From contig DAIUDD010000001.1 of the NCBI GenBank assembly GCA_036845805.1, forward strand, positions 103,594-167,593: DNA of 64,000 nucleotides, given 5' to 3'. Position numbers and translations under genes: made by a program. The notes under the pieces were generated by a model. The model worked only from the letters and a program-made list of their open reading frames with translations, searched no databases and had not been told where the DNA came from. The stretch comes from Patescibacteria group bacterium (GTDB taxonomy: Bacteria; Patescibacteriota; Patescibacteriia; UBA2196). This document shows positions 25,612-35,892 of the stretch, one piece after another; position 1 is the stretch's first letter, and each line of letters opens with the position of its first letter.

Positions 25612-27426
25612 TTAATTAATTTTTTCCACATCGACGTCAATTATAACATCTGCGGGCATGAGTTTAAAAATTTGTGGCAGTTCAAAGTTTAGAGGCACCT
25701 TAATAATCACATTAACTATTGATTTTTTTATTTTTTCTTCCTCGGTTATCAATGGTCCGATAATTTCTATTTTTTTATTTTTTATTTTTTCATTCAAAAT
25801 ATTAATTATTTTTTCTGCTTTTAAAACCGCGGTTTTTTTATTTTTATCTTGGCAAATCAACTTAATTAAGCGGCCATACGGGGGATAAAAAAACAGTTGG
25901 CGGTTAGCTAGTTCTTCTTGATAAAATATTTCCGGTTTATTTTGTTGGTTACTTTTTATAATATAATTATCTGGCTCATGAGTTTGGATAATTATTTCAG
26001 CCAAGCTCGTCGCTCTTATCTGAGCCAGTAATTGATAGGCTTTTTCCCCAGCCCGAAAATCAGCTTGGTTTAAAAATTGTCCAAAATCAGTAAAGATTAT
26101 TAAAGCAAAATTTGTTAAATCTATTTTATTAATGATAAACTCTGTCGCTACTAATATTTCTGTTTCTGGCAAAATGTCAGCGCCCAAAATTTTATCACTC
26201 GCCATTATTTTTTTATTGATATATTTTTTTTGTAATTCTTTTTTTATTTTTTCCACCCCCGGTGTCTTAAATTTAATGTTTGGTCCGGCGCATTTTGGAC
26301 ACAGGGGCGGCATTTCTTCTTGATAGCCGCAGTGTCGGCATAAAATGTTTTTATTTTTTTCTAAATAAGCCATTGATTTAAAGCACTTGGGGCATTTAAA
26401 AACATAACCACAATCATTGCAAAACAAGTAATTAGCCAGAGCTTTGCGGTTGTGTAAAATCAAAATTTTTTGCTTTTGATTTATGGTTTGAGTTATTTTT
26501 CTTTCAGTTAATTCACCTAAAAAATTAAAATTTCCAGCCATTTTTTCTTTTTTTAAATCAACTGTTAAAAAATTTTTATAGTTTTTATCTCTCACGTCTT
26601 TTATGTTTTTTATATGTTGGTAATCTTCTGGGGTCGGAGCGGCGGTGATTAGGGTCAAATTGGCCGTTAAAAGATCTGCCAGCCAATTAGCGACTAATCT
26701 GGCATCAAATCGGGGGTTAATGTCAGATTGTTTATAATACCAAGATTCGGCTTGAATGATAAAAATTTCTGGCAGGTTAATAAAAGGCAAAAGGACCGCT
26801 TTTTGTGTCCCCACCACAATGATCGGTTTTCCGGCTAGCAATTTTAAATAATTTTCTGTAAAATATTTTTCTTTTGTTTTGCTGGAGCAAAAAAATACCT
26901 CATCAGTGTTTAGTTTTAATTTTCTTATTATTTCTTTTTGTTTCTCAATTTCGGGCACCAATATTAATATTTGTTTTTTGTTTTTTATATTCTTTATTTT
27001 ATCGGCCATCATTTCTAGTGCTTTTTTTTCATTATTATGCCACCATAGTTCTTTTCTATTTTTTTTATTTATTTTCCTATCACTGGGTATAAAAAATGAA
27101 TCAATTTTTATTTTTGTTTTTGGTATGATTGATTTAATTAGAGTTGTTTTGGCTACAGCCAAATTTTCAGCCATCCGGGTTATTAAAGATAATTGTTCAT
27201 TAGTAATAATTTTTTTATTAATTAATGAATCTATTTTTTTTAATGGAAATTGATGTTTATTTTTTTCTGTGATATCAATCACCAGACCAGAGATATTTTT
27301 TCCTCGAAAATTAATTTTAACCAGGCTGCCTATTTGTAGTTCTTTTTTTAATGGCAAAGGCACCACATAGCTAAAATATGGCAATTTTAAAGGTAAACGC
27401 AAAAGTGGTAAGATGTGTGCAATCAT
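25612..27426 (-). CDS. priA: Primosomal protein N' (PriA)-like protein with degenerate helicase motifs
   Basis: N-terminal 3'-DNA-binding-like region. LVPEI, SYKQ...PRFDAR and TAAPTPEDY blocks. Cys-rich CNDCGYVFKCPKCF...CRHCG...CPKCAG zinc-binding region. No GxGKT Walker A. DEEH box replaced by QAES. Confidence 0.65.
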   Translation of the reverse strand: MIAHILPLLRLPLKLPYFSYVVPLPLKKELQIGSLVKINFRGKNISGLVIDITEKNKHQFPLKKIDSLINKKIITNEQLSLITRMAENLAVAKTTLIKSIIPKTKIKIDSFFIPSDRKINKKNRKELWWHNNEKKALEMMADKIKNIKNKKQILILVPEIEKQKEIIRKLKLNTDEVFFCSSKTKEKYFTENYLKLLAGKPIIVVGTQKAVLLPFINLPEIFIIQAESWYYKQSDINPRFDARLVANWLADLLTANLTLITAAPTPEDYQHIKNIKDVRDKNYKNFLTVDLKKEKMAGNFNFLGELTERKITQTINQKQKILILHNRKALANYLFCNDCGYVFKCPKCFKSMAYLEKNKNILCRHCGYQEEMPPLCPKCAGPNIKFKTPGVEKIKKELQKKYINKKIMASDKILGADILPETEILVATEFIINKIDLTNFALIIFTDFGQFLNQADFRAGEKAYQLLAQIRATSLAEIIIQTHEPDNYIIKSNQQNKPEIFYQEELANRQLFFYPPYGRLIKLICQDKNKKTAVLKAEKIINILNEKIKNKKIEIIGPLITEEEKIKKSIVNVIIKVPLNFELPQIFKLMPADVIIDVDVEKIN

Positions 27427-27442
27427 GGCTTAATTTTAACAT

Positions 27443-27471
27443 TTTACACAGATCTTGCCCAATGGTATAAT
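27443..27471 (+). promoter_or_regulatory. Sigma70-type promoter upstream of gap
   Basis: TTTACA, 17 bp, TATAAT, about 40 nt upstream of the gap start codon. Confidence 0.4.
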
Positions 27472-27513
27472 AAAAACAATAATTAATGTTTTTAAGTCTA
27501 AAATTATAATCCT

Positions 27514-28527
27514 ATGTCTAAAAAACCCATCAAAATCGCTATCAATGGTTTTGGTCGTATTGGTCGCGCTGTTTTTAAAATTGCTCTAGAAGACCCAAAA
27601 ATTAAAATCGTTGCCATTAATGATCTTTCCGATAGCGCCACTTTAGCCCATCTTTTAAAATATGATTCTGTCTATGGCATCTATCACAAAGAAATAAAAA
27701 GTGATGATAAAAATGTTTATATTGATAATGTGGCTTATCCTTCGTATTCAATCAAAGAATTAGAAAATTTACCATGGAAAAAAATAGGTGTTGATGTTGT
27801 TTTGGAATGCACTGGTAAATTTGTTAAAGATGGTGCCGCTGACGGTCACCTAAAAGCTGGTGCCAAAAAAGTAATTATCTCTGCTCCAGCCAAAGGGGAA
27901 GACAATATTAATACTTATTTGATTGGTGTTAATGAAGATAAATATAAGGGTGAAAAAATTATTTCCAATGCTTCTTGTACCACCAACTGCATTGCCGCGG
28001 TTACCAAAGTTGTTAATGAAAATTTTGGTATCAAAAAGGCTTTTTTAAATACTATTCATTCATATACTGCAGAACAAAATTTAGTTGATGGGCCAAATAA
28101 AGATTTGCGTCGCGCCAGATCTGCCGCTCAAAACATTGTTCCCACCACCACCGGCGCCGCTATTGCCGTTACTGAAGTTTTGCCAGAATTAAAAAACAAA
28201 TTTGATGGCGTGGCCATTAGGGTACCGAGTGTTTGTGGTTCGCTTTCTGATATCACTTATGTTTTAAAAAAGAAAACTACTGTGGAAGAAGTTAATAAGA
28301 TTTTGAAAAAAGCCGCCAGTAGCGCCAAATTAAAAGATATTTTAACCGTTACTAACGACCCCATCGTTTCTAGTGATGTTATTGGTAATAGTGCATCTTC
28401 GATTGTAGATTTAAAATCAACCATGATGATTGGTGACGATTATTTAAAAATTTTGGCCTGGTATGATAACGAATGGGGCTATGCTTGTCGTTTGGTGGAG
28501 ATGGTAGCTGTGGTGATGAAGAAATAA
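27514..28527 (+). CDS. gap: Glyceraldehyde-3-phosphate dehydrogenase
   Basis: INGFGRIGR NAD-binding motif. ASCTTNC active-site Cys. WYDNEWGY. Confidence 0.9.
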   Translation: MSKKPIKIAINGFGRIGRAVFKIALEDPKIKIVAINDLSDSATLAHLLKYDSVYGIYHKEIKSDDKNVYIDNVAYPSYSIKELENLPWKKIGVDVVLECTGKFVKDGAADGHLKAGAKKVIISAPAKGEDNINTYLIGVNEDKYKGEKIISNASCTTNCIAAVTKVVNENFGIKKAFLNTIHSYTAEQNLVDGPNKDLRRARSAAQNIVPTTTGAAIAVTEVLPELKNKFDGVAIRVPSVCGSLSDITYVLKKKTTVEEVNKILKKAASSAKLKDILTVTNDPIVSSDVIGNSASSIVDLKSTMMIGDDYLKILAWYDNEWGYACRLVEMVAVVMKK

Positions 28528-28588
28528 TTTTTTATCTAGTTTATCTCAAAAGATAACTATAAATTTACGTATCTTTTTGTTTTATTTT

Positions 28589-28620
28589 AAAAGCCACACT
28601 GGTAAGTGGCTTTTGTTTTT
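28589..28620 (+). terminator. Rho-independent terminator after gap
   Basis: AAAAGCCAC-ACTGGTAA-GTGGCTTTTGTTTTT. Confidence 0.55.
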
Positions 28621-28664
28621 ATCTTGCTCTTTTTAAAATTTATTAATCCATTAATCAATGGTTT

Positions 28665-29825
28665 TTATTCCTCATAAACTTCCTCAGTCTTTTTAATCAT
28701 CTCTTCTAAACTGAATTTTTTAATTTCTTCTTGATTATTATGAGTAAAAATATTTTTTAGTGTTGGCTCTAAGATAAGTCTTTCTATCGCCATGGCTAAT
28801 TCTTTTGGTTTAGCTGGCGGAACCACTAAACCGTTTTTTTCATTTTCTATAATTTCGACAATTCCGCCCACATTAGTGGTAACGATCGGCACTTGTGCTG
28901 CCAATGCTTCTAAAATGACATATGGTAGGCCCTCCTTGACAGAAGGTAAACAAAAAACATCAAAAGCCTTTATATATTGAGACGCCTTTTCTCTGGCGCC
29001 CAATAGAATTATTTTGTTTTGTAAATTTAATTTTATAATTTCTTTTTTTAATTCTTCTCGCAAACCACCTTCGCCGATAATTATAAAATACATCTCGGAA
29101 TATTTTTCGATCAAAATTTTAGCCGCTCTAATTAAATAGATTAATCCTTTGGTGGCATAAAAATTGGCGATTGTTCCCACCCAAAAAGTGTTTGGTTTTA
29201 ATAGGTTGTTAATTTCTGCTAATTGCTCCTGCGCTTCTTTTTTTTCAAAAAAGGTTAATTCTTTTAGTTCAATTCCGTTATGGATGGTAATAAATTTTTG
29301 ATGATGGGCCACTTTGTTGTTTAATCCAACAATTTTATCCTTTTCCGAAACGCAAATAATTTTATCTTTAAGTCGGCCGCTCATTCGTTCCAATTGTAAA
29401 TAAAAAAATTTTCTCGGTATAGTTAATGGTTCGTTAAAGACGAAACCGTGCGCCGTATAAATAACTTTTAATTGTCTGCCTGTATTTTTTTTATAAAACC
29501 AAGCGGCAATTGTTCCGCCAAAACCGACTTTGCTGGAATTAAGGTGAACAATATCGGGTTTAAATTTTTTAATTAAAAAATAAATTTCAAAAATAGATAA
29601 AAAATCGCGCCAGAAATTTATTTCTCTGACCGTATATTTTAAGTGCCGAATCAGTATATTGTTTTGTGTTAATTTTTTTAACCATTTTTCTTCGGTCGGT
29701 CCACCAGCGGCAACCATAATTTGGTATTTATCTTTTGGCAAATGGGTGGCTAAATCAGCAATATATTTTTGGGCCCCGCCGAGTTCGCTTTGGGTTACCA
29801 AGTAGAGTATCTTTTTTATGTTCAT
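28665..29825 (-). CDS. Glycosyltransferase family 4
   Basis: EGLPYVILEALAAQVPIVTTNVGGIVEII motif. Two Rossmann halves. Confidence 0.8.
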   Translation of the reverse strand: MNIKKILYLVTQSELGGAQKYIADLATHLPKDKYQIMVAAGGPTEEKWLKKLTQNNILIRHLKYTVREINFWRDFLSIFEIYFLIKKFKPDIVHLNSSKVGFGGTIAAWFYKKNTGRQLKVIYTAHGFVFNEPLTIPRKFFYLQLERMSGRLKDKIICVSEKDKIVGLNNKVAHHQKFITIHNGIELKELTFFEKKEAQEQLAEINNLLKPNTFWVGTIANFYATKGLIYLIRAAKILIEKYSEMYFIIIGEGGLREELKKEIIKLNLQNKIILLGAREKASQYIKAFDVFCLPSVKEGLPYVILEALAAQVPIVTTNVGGIVEIIENEKNGLVVPPAKPKELAMAIERLILEPTLKNIFTHNNQEEIKKFSLEEMIKKTEEVYEE

Positions 29826-29844
29826 GTTTTAAGAATACAACGAA

Positions 29845-29873
29845 TTGCTAAAAAAGACAATTTAAGGTAAAAT
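29845..29873 (+). promoter_or_regulatory. Candidate promoter in divergent intergenic region
   Basis: TTGCTA, 17 bp, TAAAAT, 14 nt upstream of the 29888 start. Confidence 0.3.
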
Positions 29874-29887
29874 AAATATTAATAAAT

Positions 29888-31066
29888 ATGGCTGAAATAA
29901 GCAAAAATAAACCCAAAATACTAATTTTTTCCCTAGCATATGCCCCTTTTATTGGTGGCGCCGAGATTGCTGTTCAAAAAATCACCAAACGTCTCAGTGA
30001 TTATTTTGAATTTGATGTCATAACTTGTAATTTAAATGGAAAACAAAAAGAGGAAGAATGGAACGAGGGGGTAAAAATTTATCGTGTCGGTAATAGTTGG
30101 ATTGGTAAACAATTTTTTCATTATCTATCTTATAAAAAAGCGATCGAATTACACCAGGAAAATAATTATCTGGCTATTTGGTCAATTATGGCTAATAGAG
30201 CTGGGTTGGCGGCATTGAAATTTAAAGAAAAATTTTCAGAAGTAAAATATTTGTTAACTTTGCAAGAAGGCGATCCGCTGTCGCATATTTATTGGCGCAC
30301 TTGGTTTTGGTGGTGGCGTTATAAAAAAATTTATCAACAAGCTGATCATATTCAGGTGCTTAGTGCCTGGTTGGAAAAACGCGCCAGGAAATTTGGTTAT
30401 CAAAAGGAAATTAGCATCGTGCCCAATGGAGTAGATATTAACAAATTCAAAACTCAAAATTCAGATGTTAAAATTATGGAAGAATTAGATATACCGAAAG
30501 ATACTAAAATTATTTTTACCACCTCGCGTTTAGTTAAAAAGAATAATGTGATGAGTTTGATTAAAGCCACGAAGATGTTATTAACCGATTATAAAATTCC
30601 AGTAAATTTACTTATTGCTGGCGAAGGTGAATTAAAAAAACGATTAAAATTTCTTACTCACCAATTAGCCATAAAAAAAGAAGTTAATTTTTTAGGTTAC
30701 ATTTACTCAGAAGATTTACCTAAATATTATAATCTGGCAGATGTTTTTGTCCGCCCCTCCTTATCTGAAGGCTTTGGAATTTCCTTTGTCGAAGCTATGT
30801 CTGCCGGCGTACCTGTTGTTGCTACACCCGTTGGTGGTATTCTTGATTTTTTAATTGACGGCGAAACTGGTTGGTTTTGTGAGCCAAAAAACCCTGAAAG
30901 TATTGCCGAAAAAATTAATTATATTTTAGATAAAAAAAATCAAGCTGAAGTTGAGCGGGTGGTAGCGAATGCCAAAAAAATGGTAATGGAAAAATATACT
31001 TGGGATGTGGTGGCCACTCAAATGAAAGAAGTTTTTGATAATCTTATAAAAAATAAGTATGTTTAA
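29888..31066 (+). CDS. Glycosyltransferase family 4
   Basis: SEGFGISFVEAMSAGVPVVATPVGGILDFL. Confidence 0.8.
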   Translation: MAEISKNKPKILIFSLAYAPFIGGAEIAVQKITKRLSDYFEFDVITCNLNGKQKEEEWNEGVKIYRVGNSWIGKQFFHYLSYKKAIELHQENNYLAIWSIMANRAGLAALKFKEKFSEVKYLLTLQEGDPLSHIYWRTWFWWWRYKKIYQQADHIQVLSAWLEKRARKFGYQKEISIVPNGVDINKFKTQNSDVKIMEELDIPKDTKIIFTTSRLVKKNNVMSLIKATKMLLTDYKIPVNLLIAGEGELKKRLKFLTHQLAIKKEVNFLGYIYSEDLPKYYNLADVFVRPSLSEGFGISFVEAMSAGVPVVATPVGGILDFLIDGETGWFCEPKNPESIAEKINYILDKKNQAEVERVVANAKKMVMEKYTWDVVATQMKEVFDNLIKNKYV

Positions 31067-32819
31067 AAATTTATCAAAAATCGAAAGGAATATTTTAATT
31101 GGAATTTTAATCCTTTCTTTTGTTTTAATTTTTTTTCGTCTCACCAGGGCCGATCTTCAAGGCGATGATGCTCATTATTCATTTCGTGCCATTGGATATT
31201 TTGATTTTATGTCTTCCGATTATGGACAGACCACCCCGATTCAGTGGTTTAAAGGTTATGCGCCCTGGTGGACCAAGCTTTCATTTCATGATCATCCGCC
31301 ATTAGTTTTTATAATTCAACATCTGTTTTTTAAAATTTTTGGCGTGAATGATTTCAGTGCCAAATTGCCATTTGCCATAGCTGGGTGGTGCTTGATTTAC
31401 ATCGTTTTTTTAATTGGCAAAGAGCTTTTTAATAATAAAGCCGGACTCTTAGCGGCCCTTTTTTTGGCCCTTAATAGTAATCATATTTGGATTTCACGCG
31501 TTGGTTATTTAGAAAGTATCGTTATTTTTTTTATAGCTCTTTGTTTGTTATTTTTAATTAAGGGAAATAAACAAAGTAAATATTTAATTTGGATGGGTGT
31601 TTGTTTGGGTTTAGCCATGATTAGTAAATATACTGCATTTTTGTTAATTCCGATTATTTTTATTTATGCTTTAATTAATTATAAAAACATATTTAAAAAT
31701 AAAAATTTTTGGCTCGGTCTTATTCTAGCATTAATTATTTTTTCTCCAGTAATTTTTTATAATATCAAAGTTTATCAAACCCGCGGCCACGCCGATGTGC
31801 AATTTACCGCCCTTTTAAATTTACCTAAAACCGATTGGCCAATTTTAGCTCAAAGATCAGTTTTACAAAGAGAAGCATATCCAACCATCTTTTTTTATCT
31901 TTTTAAAAATTTAGGTTCTTATACATCTTGGCCTCTATTAGCATTATTTTTTATTTCTTTTTTTTATCTTTTGGTTAAATTAATTTTTGTTCCAGAATTT
32001 AATAAACAAAAAAGTTATTCTTTTCTTTTTCTTGTTTTTATTTTTCTTTCATTTTTTTTTATAATTACTGGTTTAAACAACTCCTTTTATATTACACCCC
32101 TTAATTTTGTCACGGCTCTTTTTATGGGGGCCGCTTTGATTGATGTTTATAATCAAATTAGACATAAAAAAATTTTAACTTATGTTGCTTTTTGTTGTTT
32201 AATTATTTTTTCTATCTATTTTTTATTATTTATTTATAACACTAATCATCGCTTTGATCTGCATGAATCGAAATTTTTATTCGGCGCCAATCGTTTAGAA
32301 AATCTTGGCTTTCAGTCTCTAACAAAATTTATTTCTGATAATTTAAAAGGCAAATATGCTGGTACCATATCGATGAATTTTACTCCTCTACAACGTTATA
32401 ATCCTAACCAAGAAACCACTGGACCGTGGCATGGTAAAGAAGAAAATAGGATGATTTATATTTATGATGATAGTACACAGTGGTTTGCTCGCCTTTGGTA
32501 TTTAGAACGTTGGCGTTTATATTATTTTTTTCCTTTTATTGGTACCAAAGAATTAAGCAAATTAACTCTTAATAAAGATGAGATAAAAAACCAAGACTTA
32601 GTTTTTAAAGACGGTTTTTATTATTTGAAAAGCACTCAAGATATTCAATTAGATAAAAGCAACTCTTCTAATAATTGTGCCGCCGCTCTGCAGGACACTT
32701 TAGATAATTACCCTAACACAGAAGTAATTGAATTAAATAACGAAACTGGGCAGGCCATGTTTAAAGTTTATAAATTTTATGATCTTAAACCCTTTTTAGC
32801 TTGCGAAATGTTTTTATAA
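31059..32819 (+). CDS. GT-C fold membrane glycosyltransferase (ArnT/PMT-like)
   Basis: About 12 TMs. First loop DLQGDDAHY ... HDHPPLVF (DD/hPPL motifs). Confidence 0.65.
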   Translation: MFKNLSKIERNILIGILILSFVLIFFRLTRADLQGDDAHYSFRAIGYFDFMSSDYGQTTPIQWFKGYAPWWTKLSFHDHPPLVFIIQHLFFKIFGVNDFSAKLPFAIAGWCLIYIVFLIGKELFNNKAGLLAALFLALNSNHIWISRVGYLESIVIFFIALCLLFLIKGNKQSKYLIWMGVCLGLAMISKYTAFLLIPIIFIYALINYKNIFKNKNFWLGLILALIIFSPVIFYNIKVYQTRGHADVQFTALLNLPKTDWPILAQRSVLQREAYPTIFFYLFKNLGSYTSWPLLALFFISFFYLLVKLIFVPEFNKQKSYSFLFLVFIFLSFFFIITGLNNSFYITPLNFVTALFMGAALIDVYNQIRHKKILTYVAFCCLIIFSIYFLLFIYNTNHRFDLHESKFLFGANRLENLGFQSLTKFISDNLKGKYAGTISMNFTPLQRYNPNQETTGPWHGKEENRMIYIYDDSTQWFARLWYLERWRLYYFFPFIGTKELSKLTLNKDEIKNQDLVFKDGFYYLKSTQDIQLDKSNSSNNCAAALQDTLDNYPNTEVIELNNETGQAMFKVYKFYDLKPFLACEMFL

Positions 32820-32828
32820 ATTTAATTT

Positions 32829-33263
32829 ATGTTAACACAAATAATTAATTTAATTTGGCATCATTTTTTTTTAAAATTTAAACAATTTTTTAAATTTTGT
32901 GTTGTTGGAACTACTGGCGCGATCATTGATATTGGTGGCCTGTGGCTATTGGTTGAATTCGTTGGCTTATATTATTTGGTTGGCGCCACCATTTCTTTTG
33001 TGGCCGCTGTTATTAATAATTATTTTTTAAATAAATATTGGACTTTTAAAGATCAAAGCAAAATTAGTCTCGCACAATTTTTTTCATTTTCTATAATTAG
33101 TGTCATCGGTTTGGGTATTAATTTATTAACTATGTATATTTTTGTCGAATGTGTTAATTTAAATTATTTAATTAGCAAAGCCATTGCCTCCCTGATTGTG
33201 TTATCGTGGAATTTTTTAATGAATAAATACATCACCTTTAAAAAATCTTATGGCCCAGTCTAA
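32829..33263 (+). CDS. GtrA-family membrane protein
   Basis: FFKFCVVGTTGAIIDIGGLWLLVEFVGLYYLVGATISF...NYFLNKYWTFK is the PF04138 pattern. Four TM. Confidence 0.75.
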   Translation: MLTQIINLIWHHFFLKFKQFFKFCVVGTTGAIIDIGGLWLLVEFVGLYYLVGATISFVAAVINNYFLNKYWTFKDQSKISLAQFFSFSIISVIGLGINLLTMYIFVECVNLNYLISKAIASLIVLSWNFLMNKYITFKKSYGPV

Positions 33264-34413
33264 AAAAATTTTTATTGCTGCGGAAATTTTTCCGCCCGCT
33301 ATTGGTGGTCCGGCCACCTATGCCTTAGAGTTATCCAATGCCTTGCAACAACACAATTTTAAAGTTCGAATTTTGTGTTATGGTCGTCCCGACAAAACAG
33401 TTCTCAACCCAGGCATAAAAATAAACTGGGTTTCCAACAATTGGCCTTTATTTATTAAATATTTTTTATATTTTAAAAAATTGTTTTGCTTTTCCTTAAG
33501 ATATCGAACTATTTACGCCATGGGTCCAGTCGCTTCAGGTTTGCCAGCTTTTTTAGTTAAAAAAATTACTGGCAAAAAATTAATTGTTAAAGTTGTGGGC
33601 GACTATGCTTGGGAGCGAGCTTTTAATTCTGGTCAAACAAAATTTTTGCTTGACGATTTTTTAAACCAGGACAAACAAAGTAGTAAAATTAGTTATTTGC
33701 AAAAAATTGAACGCCTTGTTTGTTACTCCGCTGATTTAGTGATCACCCCGAGCGAATATTTAAAAGAGGTCGTCAAAAAATGGGGGATTACGGCAGAAAA
33801 AATAAAAGTTATCTATAACGCTTTTTTTATTCGTCCTGCCAACCCCAATCTAACACCCGGTCAAAAAACTGAAAAGAAAAAAGGATTAATTGTCTCTATT
33901 GGTCGGTTGGTTCCTTGGAAAGGTTTTAATGTTTTAATTAAAATTATGCCAGATTTATTAAAAAGAGAACCAAATTTTAATTTAAAAATTTTTGGCGATG
34001 GGCCAGAAAAAGAAAAACTGTATCAACTTATCAAAGAATTAAATTTAAATGAAAAAGTTACCATAGAAAAACTTGATCATGACGAATTAATGCGGCAGCT
34101 AATAGTTGCTGACATGTTTGTTTTAAATACTGGTTATGAGGGTTTATCACACAGCATTTTAGAAGCCTTTGCTGCCAATCTGCCAGTTATTACTACTTCC
34201 GTTGGTGGCAATTTGGAATTAATTAAAAATAATGAAAATGGTCTAATAATTGAATATAATAATAAAGAAGAGCTAAAAGAGTCAATTTTTACTCTTTACC
34301 AAAAACCAGATTTGTGTCAAAAATTTATAAACAACAGTAAAAATATATTAATAAAATTTGATCCTGAAAAAATAATCAAAGAAACAATAGAAGTTTTATC
34401 ATTATATGCATAA
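33250..34413 (+). CDS. Glycosyltransferase family 4
   Basis: YEGLSHSILEAFAANLPVITTSVGGNLELI. Confidence 0.8.
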   Translation: MAQSKKIFIAAEIFPPAIGGPATYALELSNALQQHNFKVRILCYGRPDKTVLNPGIKINWVSNNWPLFIKYFLYFKKLFCFSLRYRTIYAMGPVASGLPAFLVKKITGKKLIVKVVGDYAWERAFNSGQTKFLLDDFLNQDKQSSKISYLQKIERLVCYSADLVITPSEYLKEVVKKWGITAEKIKVIYNAFFIRPANPNLTPGQKTEKKKGLIVSIGRLVPWKGFNVLIKIMPDLLKREPNFNLKIFGDGPEKEKLYQLIKELNLNEKVTIEKLDHDELMRQLIVADMFVLNTGYEGLSHSILEAFAANLPVITTSVGGNLELIKNNENGLIIEYNNKEELKESIFTLYQKPDLCQKFINNSKNILIKFDPEKIIKETIEVLSLYA

Positions 34414-35875
34414 AGTAATTTTAGTGCAGCCGAAAAATAATGCTCTGGAAACAACCTATGCTCCTTTGGGTCTTTTAAGTTTGGCTGCCTATATTCGTTC
34501 TGAATTTGAGGTTAAAATTATTGATTTGCGTTTTACCACGACCAACGAACTTTATCAATTAATTAAAGACTGGCAACCACTCGCCGTTGGCTTTAGCATG
34601 TTAACTGGCAGCGCCATTACACAAATTATTGAAGTTTCACAATTTATTAAAGAAAATTATCCAGAAATTAAAACTATTGTTGGCGGCATTCACCCCACTT
34701 TTTTCCCCCAACAAACATTAGCTAATCAATACCTTGATTTTGTGGTAATCAATGAGGGTGAAAAAGTTATGCTTGATCTGCTCAAATCTTTGGTTGGCGA
34801 TCAAAATTTTTCCAATATTAATAATTTGTGTTGGAAAGATAAAAACCACGAAATACACTGTAACCAACTCAATGATAATTTTTTAAATCTTAATGATTTA
34901 CCCATGCCGGCCTGGGATTTAATTGATGTTACTCGTTATGTTAAAAATTTATCTACCAACCCGGGCGAGTATGTTATTGATTTTTATACCAGCAAGGGTT
35001 GCCCATTCCCGTGTAGTTTTTGTTATAATTTAAATTTTAATAAACGACAATGGCGCGCCAGAAGCGCTGAACGGGCAGTGGCAGAATTAGAATATTTATT
35101 TAATCAATATCATATTAATTATTTTATTATTCACGATGATAATTTTGTGGTTGATCGAGAACGCGCCCTAAAATTTGCCGAACTTATTCTTGCTAAAGGA
35201 TTAAAAGTCAAATATTCCGTTGATGCCAGAGTTGATTTTTTTGATTACAATTTTTTGCAAACTCTTAAAGAAAGTGGCTTGTGTGAACTTCGGGTTGGTT
35301 GTGAAAGTGGATCTAACCGATTGTTAAAAGAGATAATTGATAAACAAATTACCGTGGAACAAATTATTCGGGCGGTCGAGATAGCTAAAAGTTTGGATTT
35401 AAAAGTTCTCTTATCATTTGTTATCGCTTGGCCCACCGAAACAATTAAGGAAAGACAGGCGACAATTAATTTGATTCTTAAATTATTATCTCTTCATCCG
35501 GGCGCTTGGATTTATCCGCTCTGGATTTATATCCCTTATCCTGGTACCACCTTATTTAATAAAGCAACAGAATTGGGATTTCAAGCGCCTGAAAATTTAG
35601 AATCTTGGGGTAATTATTTCTGGAGCAAGGCCCATCTCCCTTGGCTTAACAAACCAAAAGAATATGAACTAATTCACGATTTAAGTCCGTTTGCTTGGTA
35701 TCAGCGTCCCTGGTCAGGTCTAAAAAATAAGTCTATAAAAAGTACTTTAAAGTTTGTTTTTATTAAATTTTTTCGTCAGTTTGTCTTGTTTCGTTTTAAA
35801 CACAATTTTTGGCTTTTTCCATATGAAGTTAAATTGGCAATCAATTTAAAAAAATTTTTTGCAAAAATCTATTAA
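34406..35875 (+). CDS. B12-binding domain radical SAM protein (class B radical SAM)
   Basis: N-terminal B12-binding Rossmann-like region (VILVQPKN...LGLLSLAAYI..., DxxG-type). CxxxCxxC cluster SKGCPFPCSFCYN. Confidence 0.8.
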   Translation: MHKVILVQPKNNALETTYAPLGLLSLAAYIRSEFEVKIIDLRFTTTNELYQLIKDWQPLAVGFSMLTGSAITQIIEVSQFIKENYPEIKTIVGGIHPTFFPQQTLANQYLDFVVINEGEKVMLDLLKSLVGDQNFSNINNLCWKDKNHEIHCNQLNDNFLNLNDLPMPAWDLIDVTRYVKNLSTNPGEYVIDFYTSKGCPFPCSFCYNLNFNKRQWRARSAERAVAELEYLFNQYHINYFIIHDDNFVVDRERALKFAELILAKGLKVKYSVDARVDFFDYNFLQTLKESGLCELRVGCESGSNRLLKEIIDKQITVEQIIRAVEIAKSLDLKVLLSFVIAWPTETIKERQATINLILKLLSLHPGAWIYPLWIYIPYPGTTLFNKATELGFQAPENLESWGNYFWSKAHLPWLNKPKEYELIHDLSPFAWYQRPWSGLKNKSIKSTLKFVFIKFFRQFVLFRFKHNFWLFPYEVKLAINLKKFFAKIY

Positions 35876-35892
35876 ATAAACTACTAAATTTT

